Below, one piece after another: positions 12,874 through 23,548 of a stretch of DNA of 64,000 nucleotides; positions within the stretch are counted from its first letter, which is position 1, and every line of letters begins with the position of its first letter. The notes under the pieces were generated by a model. The model made no database searches and had not been told where the DNA came from. It saw only the letters and a program-made list of their open reading frames with translations. The position numbers and the translations under genes were made by a program. This stretch comes from Tortispora ganteri. Its lineage: Eukaryota. Location of the stretch: positions 1-64,000 of the forward strand of contig PPNB01000022.1 in the NCBI GenBank assembly GCA_003707115.1, read 5' to 3'.

Positions 12874-14019
12874 ATGGGGTTTGTCTCTGCAGGAGCGCTG
12901 GACCTGCCTGGATCAAGGGAACACCGTGAAAGGTATGCAGAGATAGAAGCGCGTGAGTCAAGAAGACGTAGAAGCAAGTTGTCTGCATCGATCTATCAGC
13001 ATAAAGCAGATCAGACAATCTGCAACAACTTTTTACGACCCTCCGCCACCCTACTTTCATTGCCTGCAGAGTTACTTGAGAAAATATTCTTGTATTCGAC
13101 CTCTTATGCGCTTCCTACAACATGTAAAAGACTACAAAAATTGTTAATTCCTACGCCGCGGCTAATATCCGGATTTTTATGCAACATCATGGAACCCATC
13201 AATGATGGTCTCTATGAATCCTGCCTACCTTGCATCTGCGAACGACTTACTCTCGCACTCAAATTTCGATTTATTGAAACAATGGACATTAAGGATCTGA
13301 GAAATATCCTCATATACGTTGATGACCATTTGTCAGATGTAGAAGATCTCCTCTCCATGTTTTCTATTCCTCTATCAAACGCTACGTACACGATGACTCA
13401 TGCGCAGATGCCAAATAGATGGATAACTCGCCCTATCTCTGCGAATACAGTAAAATTCATTCTAAAACTTGGCTCTATATTGCCTGTTGACTTCATTACA
13501 AATCTTGACAGGTGTCTATATACTGCACTTTCTGCTATCCCTCTAGATGTGCCTGCCTTTCCGATTGAAATCTTCTCTTCAGGTACAGACCTAATCATGT
13601 TTCTTAAGAACTTCGACATAACACAGCAGAACTATCCAGACGGCTGCTACCCATCATCAGAATACAATCTTTTTTGGTTCTGGATTACACGTGCTTACGC
13701 CAGTATTATATTCCCGCTGGAGCCAGAATCTGAGATACCGTCAGTGTCAGTTTCGCGAACTGTTTTCTACATGCTCAAACGCCAACAAGAGGAATTTGTG
13801 GCATTTTTCATTCACACACTCAAAACACTTGGATTCACATTGCTTTTCACAGATCTTTACAAGTACATTGAGTGGAACGACATCGTGGATCCAGAAACTC
13901 CTACAAAACCGCTAGTATCAGCGATACCATTCATTCTTTCGCACGAAGATCTACGTCCTAGCTCGCTTGAGGAAGTACGACAACTACAGAACCTATCCGA
14001 CTTGGTCCAAATAGATTAA
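12874..14019 (+). CDS. Putative F-box protein, remainder unrecognised
   Basis: 381-aa ORF containing an F-box-like 'LLSLPAELLEKIFLYSTSYALPTTCKRLQKLL'. Confidence 0.65.
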   Translation: MGFVSAGALDLPGSREHRERYAEIEARESRRRRSKLSASIYQHKADQTICNNFLRPSATLLSLPAELLEKIFLYSTSYALPTTCKRLQKLLIPTPRLISGFLCNIMEPINDGLYESCLPCICERLTLALKFRFIETMDIKDLRNILIYVDDHLSDVEDLLSMFSIPLSNATYTMTHAQMPNRWITRPISANTVKFILKLGSILPVDFITNLDRCLYTALSAIPLDVPAFPIEIFSSGTDLIMFLKNFDITQQNYPDGCYPSSEYNLFWFWITRAYASIIFPLEPESEIPSVSVSRTVFYMLKRQQEEFVAFFIHTLKTLGFTLLFTDLYKYIEWNDIVDPETPTKPLVSAIPFILSHEDLRPSSLEEVRQLQNLSDLVQID

Positions 14020-14107
14020 TTAGTTATTTAAAAAAACATTAACGTTAAAACAAGAAAATGTGAAAGCCAGTCCGATATTTTCTAGAATTGGTCACCTAAT
14101 CAATAGA

Positions 14108-15937
14108 TTAGAATGGAGATATAGCTTTGCTTTCGACGCTTCCAACACGACCCCTTTGGATCTTGCGTTCAGCTTTCTTTACCAGCTTTTCACGTTCTTC
14201 AGTTTCTTGTTTCTTTGCGGCTTGCATTCGTTGTACCGCAACCATGGGGTTGTATCTGCTGCTGGCACGTATTCGTTTACCGTAAATAAAAAAGAAAATA
14301 GGTACAGGTGCAAGAATGGCAGCAAAACTGCCAATAATTGTGCCAACCCATTTAACGTTTAAATTGTTGAACATGGGCACACCAAATACAGGGAATGCAG
14401 CAGCAAAACCTGATCTCATGAAGGTGTTTCCGGCCAGCGCAGAAGCAGCAAAAACCAAATAGGCATCAATAATATAGTTAATAGAGGGCAAGAACAGTAA
14501 CATCAATCCCATACCAGAGAATATTCCAGAAATAGTAGGCACTATCCAGTGAATCCTATCGGGGAAAGCACCGGTCCAGCATAACCAAAAAATGCCAATG
14601 GGAAAAACGAATCCGCCAATAATCATTGGTGGCAGTCGAGCTTCGGGGACGGGTAAGCCATTACTATGCTTAAGCTGTTCGTGGTAGTATTTCTCGCCAT
14701 AAGCACATATGCAGCCACCGAACAGTTCACCAATGATCAGCGCAATGTATGGTAAGGCGTTCTTACCGTTAGACCATCCGTAACCACTTCCGAAAACAAC
14801 AGGAATCGTTTCTAAGAATAAGTAAAGGATACCATATACAAATGCAGTGTATATAGTCAGTAGTAGCAGGATTGGCTCAGTAAACAGCATACTGAGAGGT
14901 CTGGTAAGGGTTCTGGAGACAAGAGACTGGAAGTCAAAGCTGACAAGATCTATAGGAGCATGAATAGCCCAATTTCCAGTACGAAGGCGCAGATTTGCTG
15001 CCTTTCGTGATAAGATAATAGGAGCGTAGCTTTCACGGACCAAGAATATCATCTGTACCATTGCAGCTGAACCGAGAATGCCAGTGATGTAGCATGTCCA
15101 TCGCCAGCCTAGGCTTTCGTTGGCTACAATGTAGCCACCAACAATAGGAGCGAGCATTGGACCTATGAAAACGGCAGCGGAAAATAGAATAGTGGAGTAT
15201 CCACGCTGGCGATTGTTGAAAACGTCAGAAAAGGCAGCACCGACTACGGCGATGGGGCAAGCGCCGAAAAATCCAGCAAAGAAGCGGCAGATCATGAGTG
15301 TTTGCAGGTTCTCTGCAGTTGCAGCACCAAAGATGAAGCAATTAAAAGTTAATGCGCAACCTACAAGGGGAAGTTTTCGGCCGTAGAGTTCTGAAAGTGG
15401 AGCCCAGATGACGGGACCTGTAGCAAAACCGACGACATAAAGGGCGACTGTGAGGACGGCTACGACTCTACCGATATGGAACTCTTCTGCGATTTGGTCT
15501 GCGCCTGAGGCAATAACGCCCGATCCAAATGCAATAACGAAAGTGAAGAAACCCATAGACATACAGGTCATTATCTTGGAAGACCAGGACCAGTTGTGCG
15601 GATGCATCGGGTCGTGCGGGCCTGTGAAGTCGACTTCGTATTCGATTGGGTCTCCGATGAATGGCGGATAGTTTTTCTTTGCGCCAAATCCGGGCAAAAT
15701 ACTTTCGTTAGACTGGACAGAGCCAGACATTGACATAGTTCTATAGATGGAAGCCTGTTGGCTGTTGATCTGGCGCAATTCTTCGATTTCTTCTTCTTCT
15801 TCTTCTCCCACGTCATGGGCTTCAAGGTCCTGCAAATGCGGTTCAAATGCCTCTACTTCTTCTGAGCGCCTTTCGTAGGCGGTAGAGACGGGCGATTCTT
15901 GTTCACTGGTGGTTGATATGGGGTCTAGATGATCCAT
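14108..15937 (-). CDS. MFS DHA1 drug/polyamine:H+ antiporter, Tpo1/Flu1-like
   Basis: 'DPMHPHNWSW', 'WAPLSELYGRK', 'RFFAGFFG', 'ESYAPIIL', 'PEARLPPM'; about 12 hydrophobic segments. Confidence 0.9.
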   Translation of the reverse strand: MDHLDPISTTSEQESPVSTAYERRSEEVEAFEPHLQDLEAHDVGEEEEEEIEELRQINSQQASIYRTMSMSGSVQSNESILPGFGAKKNYPPFIGDPIEYEVDFTGPHDPMHPHNWSWSSKIMTCMSMGFFTFVIAFGSGVIASGADQIAEEFHIGRVVAVLTVALYVVGFATGPVIWAPLSELYGRKLPLVGCALTFNCFIFGAATAENLQTLMICRFFAGFFGACPIAVVGAAFSDVFNNRQRGYSTILFSAAVFIGPMLAPIVGGYIVANESLGWRWTCYITGILGSAAMVQMIFLVRESYAPIILSRKAANLRLRTGNWAIHAPIDLVSFDFQSLVSRTLTRPLSMLFTEPILLLLTIYTAFVYGILYLFLETIPVVFGSGYGWSNGKNALPYIALIIGELFGGCICAYGEKYYHEQLKHSNGLPVPEARLPPMIIGGFVFPIGIFWLCWTGAFPDRIHWIVPTISGIFSGMGLMLLFLPSINYIIDAYLVFAASALAGNTFMRSGFAAAFPVFGVPMFNNLNVKWVGTIIGSFAAILAPVPIFFFIYGKRIRASSRYNPMVAVQRMQAAKKQETEEREKLVKKAERKIQRGRVGSVESKAISPF

Positions 15938-16825
15938 TGGGGCGGTGGTTGTTTATTGATGATGCGGAGGTGGGGTGAACTGGAAATTGGTCAGATAAGA
16001 ATAAATAATATATTAAGCGTGTTGGCAAGTTAAGTGGATAAACGTAAAAATACACAAGCGTATGTCAGAGTGGAATGTCACAAGCAGCGGATCAAATTAA
16101 AAAAAAACGATGCGGAAAGTCACACACATCAATGATGGAGACCTTATATATATATGACTAACGCGGAGCCGAGGAACAGGGAGCGGAATAAGAAGATGGT
16201 CGAAAAAAAAGTGTAATTTTAATTTTGGTAAGGTTTGAGTAAATTCACAGTCGATTCGACTCTCGATGACCAACGATCAACGTTCCCCCTCAAATCAAGT
16301 CTTGGCAGACTCTTGTCAATGTTACAGACCATTAACGATTCAATTGGCGTGTTGTATACTCACCAAGTATGATTTCTGAATTATAACATATATATGTGGC
16401 TACAGTGGTGCATCGGATAAACGGAGGTCGTTTGATCCGGTATAAGATTTAAGGAACATTACTATGCGCGGCTTTCCGAGCTTTGAGCCGCAGAACAAAG
16501 TTCGATCCTGGCAGGTACACTAATGTACGTTAATATTTTCTCTAATAAGTATAACAACATAAAATGATCTATTATAGACAAATATAAGCATGTTATTGTG
16601 TTCTGCTATTGAATCGCCCCTGGATGTTACACGTACGTTGGGGCATACCTTTGTTAGCAGAGACCACGAACGATGGGCGGCGTAAAAGAAAAGAAAAGAA
16701 AAGAAAAAACTACAAACTCTATTTAGAGTCAACGTGGTTAATGGTAGTCAAAATTATTATTGATAAGTTATAGTCATAGGTTTTAGTCTGCTAACCATAC
16801 AGTTCGCTGACTTGATGCAATGCAT

Positions 16826-18622
16826 CTATTCTTTAGAGGTTTTGAGTGCCGCTTTGCGTTGAGCCTTGGCCTCTGCTTTAGCCTCTTTTTTGGCGCGAAT
16901 GACTCCACCGTACCGCTTGAACACAAATGGGATAACAACCATTGCTAACGAGATAAATGCAAGCAACCAAGAAGCCCATTGTAATCCTAGTCGATGATAC
17001 ATTTGCGTGGTGAATAATGGGAACGCAGCACCACCTGCAGAACGCATAAAAACTTTGGCAGCAAGAGCAGTTGCCGCAATCTCAGAGAACGAATCGATAA
17101 TGTAGTTGTTGATTGACTCATATATGAGAACCATACCAAATCCAAATGCAAGTCCCGACGATGCAGGACCAACCCATATAATGTGCTTATAAGACGTGGC
17201 GCCCAAAATGAATAAAGCGATAGGAATAAATGGCGCGCCAATCATTGCTCCAAGCAGTCGATCTTCTGGAAGCGGTGTTCTGGCATGACAGATTCGCTTG
17301 TATTTGATCTCAAGGTACGGCGTGAATATAAGAGCAAGGCCAGCACCAATAAGAATTGGTATGAACATGAGTCCAATAATAGCATCGTTGTATCCGTAAA
17401 GATCATAAAATATCACAGGGTACGCAAAGAAAAACGCATATAAGAGTGAGTAAATCAGCACGACATACAAATTCATCAAATCAAGAACAGGTTCAGTAGC
17501 CATAAGTTTGAACGGCCTCAGGAGTACTTTCTTTATAACTTCGCCAACAGATTCCTTGAGTATCTCCTGTTCTGTGATAATCAACGGGTTTCCAGTCTCC
17601 TTTCTAAGCTTGGCAGCACGGTTCTTCAAAATTGCAGGCGCGTATGTTTCGGGCACCATGCATATAAGAATTCCAATCACACCGGCAAAAGCCATGTTAA
17701 TCCAGAAAACTAAGTCTAGCCTCTTAGCGTAGATAGCAATAAAACCATTGACTAGCGGTCCAATAACAGGTCCGCCATATGGCGCAGCTGCAAAGAACGC
17801 AATTGCCATACCTCGCTGTTCAATGTCCCATATATCGGCAAGCGATCCGCCTGCGACCACTAGACCGGATGACGAAAAGACACCGCACAGGAATCGGCAC
17901 ACAATGAGACCACCGATATTAGGCGAGAGCGCGCAAGGAATGTTAAAAATCACGTATAAACTCAAAGAGACCCAGTAGACCGGTCTTCGGCCGTACTGCT
18001 CTGAAGCGGGTGACCAAAGTAGAGGGCCCACCATAAATCCAAGCACCATTATTGAACACGTTAAAATGGCCACCTCTAGAGAAACATTATATTGCTCCTC
18101 AATGAGTGGAAGAGCGCCAGTTACACAGGATGATCCGTACGCAACCGCAACGACGACAAAGGAAATAAGACCCGTGAGATAGCATTTGTAGTAAAAGTTC
18201 CAATTCTTAGGGTTTTCTTTGTCGCCAATTGTGAAAGTGACAAATTCGTAGTTTGGCTCGCCAGCCTCTTCGTCTTTCGACAACTGGCTGCGTAAAGACT
18301 GGAAGTCCCCCGGTCCTGTAAAACGCCGTCTGATACTACGGATCGTCTCCGCAGGGACGAGACCCATGCTGGTCTCTGTGTTGTATTCCTCAGGGAATTC
18401 GGCATCCTCTGCACGCGTGACAAGATCAGGAAAACTTTCAACGGGGGCTCTGTCAATGTAAGTATTCGTCCTTACCTGTTCGCGCGTAATTACATGTGTG
18501 AGTTGTGCAGTCAATTCATGAGTGCTCTCAACATCGCTGATCGGTTCATTATTATTGACGCTGTTTTGAGTTACATCATTAGACAAATCCAATGGATTTT
18601 CTTCGTCGTGATGTGAACTCAT
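16826..18622 (-). CDS. MFS DHA1 polyamine transporter, Tpo2/Tpo3-like
   Basis: 'FPEEYNTETSMGLVP', 'EFVTFTIGDKENPKNW', 'SEQYGRRPVY', 'PETYAPAILK', 'PEDRLLGAMIG', 'FTTQMYHRLGLQWA'. Confidence 0.9.
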   Translation of the reverse strand: MSSHHDEENPLDLSNDVTQNSVNNNEPISDVESTHELTAQLTHVITREQVRTNTYIDRAPVESFPDLVTRAEDAEFPEEYNTETSMGLVPAETIRSIRRRFTGPGDFQSLRSQLSKDEEAGEPNYEFVTFTIGDKENPKNWNFYYKCYLTGLISFVVVAVAYGSSCVTGALPLIEEQYNVSLEVAILTCSIMVLGFMVGPLLWSPASEQYGRRPVYWVSLSLYVIFNIPCALSPNIGGLIVCRFLCGVFSSSGLVVAGGSLADIWDIEQRGMAIAFFAAAPYGGPVIGPLVNGFIAIYAKRLDLVFWINMAFAGVIGILICMVPETYAPAILKNRAAKLRKETGNPLIITEQEILKESVGEVIKKVLLRPFKLMATEPVLDLMNLYVVLIYSLLYAFFFAYPVIFYDLYGYNDAIIGLMFIPILIGAGLALIFTPYLEIKYKRICHARTPLPEDRLLGAMIGAPFIPIALFILGATSYKHIIWVGPASSGLAFGFGMVLIYESINNYIIDSFSEIAATALAAKVFMRSAGGAAFPLFTTQMYHRLGLQWASWLLAFISLAMVVIPFVFKRYGGVIRAKKEAKAEAKAQRKAALKTSKE

Positions 18623-19268
18623 ATTAATGTATTGAATATTAGACAGCAGAAAATTTACAGACTACTGTACTAATAGGTATAACTAGTATAATGTGTGGAA
18701 GAACTAAATCATCCTTTGCCTGCCTTAGACGGCTATATATATACTTTGCAAACTACGGCAGCTAGAACGTCAACTTTCCCAATTGGGCAATCTCGGTGAA
18801 TTAATCTCGGATAATACGGAACACTAATGACAAATAAGGAAACTGCGGCTACTACAATGAACCTTATTATACTTAAACAGCTATTACTATGCTCTGACGC
18901 ATGGGGTTAGGGCCGCGATAACCTGCTTCAGTTTTCATTATCTACAAAAAAACTCGCTGGATCATTTCTGACTCATACAATTGGTCAATTTATACTGACA
19001 ATTCTGCCACATTAGCCAATATACACATGCTCTGCTAATCTGTAGGTGTACGTACCCGGTGGAGCGCTTAAGTGTGATCTTCGCCTGATCGAGTAATGTA
19101 AAAGCTAACTTTTAGGCTTTCCCGCCTCAGCTAAGTATTCACATGTTCAAATTTAATATACTACATAAAAGGCGTGAACGCTCATCTAAAAAAAAGGACA
19201 AAAGAATAAAAACCCAAATAGAAATTATTATGTAAAAATTTCGACAGATCAAAGCTCAATAGACGCAA

Positions 19269-21031
19269 TTAGAGCGTGCTGATTAGCGTATCGTAGTCAA
19301 AAAATGAGTCTACTGTCAACCCATCAGTCTCCGTTGCAATTGTATCTGCATGCGCTCCCACCACCATCTCTCGCGGTGTGATGACTTCACTCATATCGCT
19401 CCCGGTAGATATGCTATCTATAAGACTGCTCGATCCTTCGTGCCGTTTTAATGCAAATATCGAAACATCTCTACTCACGTCGATGGCATCCGTTCCAACA
19501 GGCCCCGTGAGCGCGTCGTCGGAGCAATCAAACGCAGCCCAAGAAATGGATCGAATCTCTGACGGTGGTATACCACCATTCCATACATCAGTTTCATCAA
19601 ACACGTCAGGAAGGCCACAACTCCTAGTTTCTCCAGTTCTGTCCATGATCTCCTCTGATGAAAGAGCCTTCGAAGTCATCGGTGTAACTCCACTAGCTTT
19701 AGGCGTCCCAATGGAACCAACAATCTTACCGGGGGTCCCTGAATTCGCACCGATATGAGGTCCGGTACTAGCAGCATTATTATTAGATGGAGATATCGCA
19801 GTTCCAGGCGCAATTATGCTGAAAGAACGCGGTTTCGCAATCAACGAAAGCTCTTCATCATGCTCAGCATCAACACCAAACGCTCCAGCAACAGTTAATA
19901 GCGAATATCCTACCGGATCGCTTTTGGCAAACGCATTTCTGGCTTTTACCACATTGTCTCTTTCAGCTTCTTCATCTTCAGCTACATTATCATGAACAGG
20001 GCTTAGCTTATCCTCATAAGTCATCCCTTTGTTTGATGGAGTCGTAGCAGAGCTGTTTTTCACGGCTTTAGTAACAGTAGTTTTCTTGACTTCAGAGGTC
20101 TTACGCTTCCTAGGCGCGGCCTTTCGCCCAGTCGCCTTAGCAGATGCGTTACCGGTAGGTCCAATTGCCGCGATGTTGTTATTTTGGGGTCCATCATCCA
20201 GTGTGGGATATGAGTTCATAGCGATTCCTGAGACTCGACCTTCGGTAGGAATATTGCCACCCAATGCAGCTGGACTATTCTGCATGACCGGCAGACTGCC
20301 TTGGTTCCATAATGAGCCTTGCACAGTATTATTGCCTCCTAACAAAGTACTGCCGTTCATCGGTATGCCGTCACTAACAAAAGGTTGCTGCCCAGGATTG
20401 TTCAGCGTAGTACCTTGAAGCAAGTTAAACTGTGTATTCGATTTGCCAATCTGATCAAGAGAGCCCGATACTAACAGAGGATTTTGCAGCGATCCCATCT
20501 TCGAGCCTTCAGTAGCTGCCGCCGTGTTTGGCCTGACATTGTTTGCCAAATTAGTCGCAGTACCCACAGCAGCACCATTGTGAGGTGTAGACGGGTTCTT
20601 CGCGTTTGTTCGTGCAGAAACTTGTGCTTGTATAAATTTCATGCAACTATCAATGTCAGAAAACATCTGACTTAGCATTGTAGGGTTAACCAAGTAAATA
20701 TTCCGTGACAGGGCAATCTGCTGCTGCCGCAAAACCATCTTAATAGTGATTAAACGCTTAGTCACTTTTTCGTCTTTCGTAATCAAATAAAAGTACTCAA
20801 TTACCTTATCTAAGTTTGCCTGCCTAGCCATGTTGTTAATAGTTTGCGATTGGACTGCCAGTTTCTGAGCATCGTTGAGATCCTCTATTGGTGTGAGTTT
20901 TAGAGGATCATTCCGCACCTCATTAAATAGCTGTTCAAGACGTTTATAATCCTGCATTCGTCCTTCCTGTGTCTGAGACATAGAGTTAGCATTCAAAGCA
21001 GAAGCAATATTAATGCCGCTAGATTGCTGTT

Positions 21032-21086
<55 letters not shown>

Positions 21087-21131
21087 TTGTTGCTGTTGCT
21101 GTTGCTGTTGTTGCTGTTGTTGCTGTTGCTG

Positions 21132-21198
<67 letters not shown>

Positions 21199-22269
21199 TG
21201 TTGCTGACGTAATTTCTGCTGCTGCAGTGTACGCATATTGGCAGCTTGTGAGTTAGGCGTTAAATTTGCATTTTGCGACGGATCAGAGTACTGATTATCG
21301 TTCGCTTGAGAATTTGTTTTGCTATTAAAACCAAGAATTTGTTGACCTTGTGGCATTGGCTGGACGTTGGGGTTCTGTTGACCTTGCTGTACCTGCAGAT
21401 TCTGTTGGCCCGGAACAGATGAATAGTTATGAGCAGCGCCTAGTTGATTAGCATTGCGGTTAGCAAGAGTAGTCTGATAGTGTTTTGCTAGCAATTGGAA
21501 GTGCCTTCTGTACATTTCTCTTGCTTTTCCTTCTATATCTTTGCCGGTTGAGGCTCCAGACTTCAAATAGGGCGTTACTTGGGCCCAAGTCTTGACGTTA
21601 GGCGGTAATCCAGGTATCATTTGCAACAATTGCGCAGGAACATTAGAGTTTTTTAGTTGATTATGGATAAACTCGGAGGAAAGTTGTTGGCCAGCAGAAA
21701 CTTGCGGTCCTCCCATAGGTGTAGCAGATTGGAATGCGGACTGATCTGGCACAGATTGACCCTGTGGAATAGAGCGAGCGACCGATGTACTAGTGCCGGA
21801 ATTCTGCAGAGGATTCTGCTGTGACTGAAAGCTTTGTGACATGATATTATACCGTTGTTGCGGCATTTGTTTTGGAATGTTATTGGTAGAGGTGGAGCTC
21901 ACAAACAAGTCAGCATTAGTCGGTTGAGACTGAGGCATCACGTTTTGGAAGTTAATTGGTGTGTCATTAGGCAGAGACTGTATGGCTCTGTGCGGTGTGT
22001 CGTCAATTTGAATGGGATCGCTAAAGTTAGAAGGTTGTTGCTGAGAAAGGGAGAAATCTTGCGCAGAGAATTGTGGCTGTTGCAGTCTGGGTGTAGCACT
22101 TGCCGAAGTACCTGAAGGAGCAATAGTGGAGGTGGCGCCCGTGACTAAATTGCTTTGAGGATTCTGCTTGGCCATAGGTGATTTGGCAAAATTTGGCGCA
22201 TTTTGGTTACCCATTTCAAACATTTGTTGCGAGAAGTTTGGGTTTGTAGACTGCGAGTCAGGCTGTTGC

Positions 22270-22301
<32 letters not shown>

Positions 22302-22550
22302 CGCATACTGCTGCTGGTATCGGCTCATCTTCTTGAGCCGATCAGTCGCCTGTGCCATGTACTCTACTCTAGACTTGGAGTTGGTGTATATGAGGTTTTC
22401 CATTTGCTGCGCGCGACTTTGAATCTGCGTGTTTGGCTGATCGGGAAGCATACTCTTCATGGTGCGCATGAACATGAATATGACGCGGCGGCGTTCATCG
22501 TTCGAGAGACTGCTCTGCCAGGCATCTGGAGCATTTTGCGCAGAATCCAT
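19269..22550 (-). CDS. MED15: Mediator tail subunit Med15/Gal11
   Basis: N-terminal KIX-like domain 'DAWQSSLSNDERRRVI...AQQMENLIYTNSKSRVEYM', long Q/N-rich regions, and internal helical segments. Confidence 0.78.
21024..21206. repeat. Mixed CAG/CAA trinucleotide tract encoding 61 consecutive Gln in Med15
   Basis: Uninterrupted TTG/CTG triplets on + from 21024 to 21206 (183 bp). Confidence 0.97.
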
Positions 22551-23548
22551 GGCTGGGTGAAAGGAATCGAATGATAAACGGTACGAGACCGCAGCGTCTG
22601 CAAGGTGGGCTCAGGTGGAGCGGGTTCGGGATAGAAAGGTTAAGTTAGCGAAGGTTAGGTTTCTTGTAGTTTTAGATTGCAGATCTGGCTGGGATTCAGT
22701 AGGAATTTGTGCGGATAACAGTAGAGCAGGTCAGTGGCTAAATATCAATAAATACCGACAGAACGGCAGGTGCTATCTAAAGCAAAGAAGGTCAGGTCTT
22801 TGAAGCGTTTGGGGGATATAGGGTGGGAAAGTTAGGGTCACGGTAATTGCGAAAGGGCAAGTTTAAGGCATTATAGATTGGAAGGGTGATTGGCTGCTAT
22901 GTGAACCTTATTATTTAATAATAGTTCATTATTGGTTAATGACTAGTGTTAACATTGCGCTAACCTAAAGAACGGCTTAAATGTGATTCGATAAGGATAG
23001 ATAAATGCTCTTTTCTGCGACTGTGAGTTCAGAAATAGGCAATGTATTCTGCAAAATACATTGCTACTCTTTGATGTAGTACTTTTGCTTACATTATATT
23101 GTATGTATCAACTGATCGAGAACGCATGAAACCAACAAACATGTATTCTCTATTTTAAACCTTAATGGCTGTGTAATGACGGGGGCGGAAGTAATCGCTT
23201 ACATCGTATGTCATACAGCTAACAGATCCCTGAAATAAGACAGCAAAAACACTGATACTTATTTAAAGTGCAATGTTGGTGGCAAAAAAGGAGACTTTTC
23301 AAGGAACTTTTTGGGCTTTTCTTTTGCCCTAAATGAGATTGCGATAAATGTGTGAACCCTGAGGCACTCCCACTCTCAGTCTCATGTCCCAATCTGCATT
23401 TCACATTTGTAGGGAAAGGGAAAAAAAAGCCTGTCCTAAGCCTTGCACTGCAGTTGACGATATAGAATCTACAAAAGAACTATAGCCAGTTTGATTAGAT
23501 TGTTATAGATATAGAAAAGTCTACTAACGAAATAATAAAACTACGACA

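Noticed and set aside
21013..21212. Poly-Cys and poly-Leu ORFs
   Set aside because: Antisense readings of the Med15 CAG/CAA tract.
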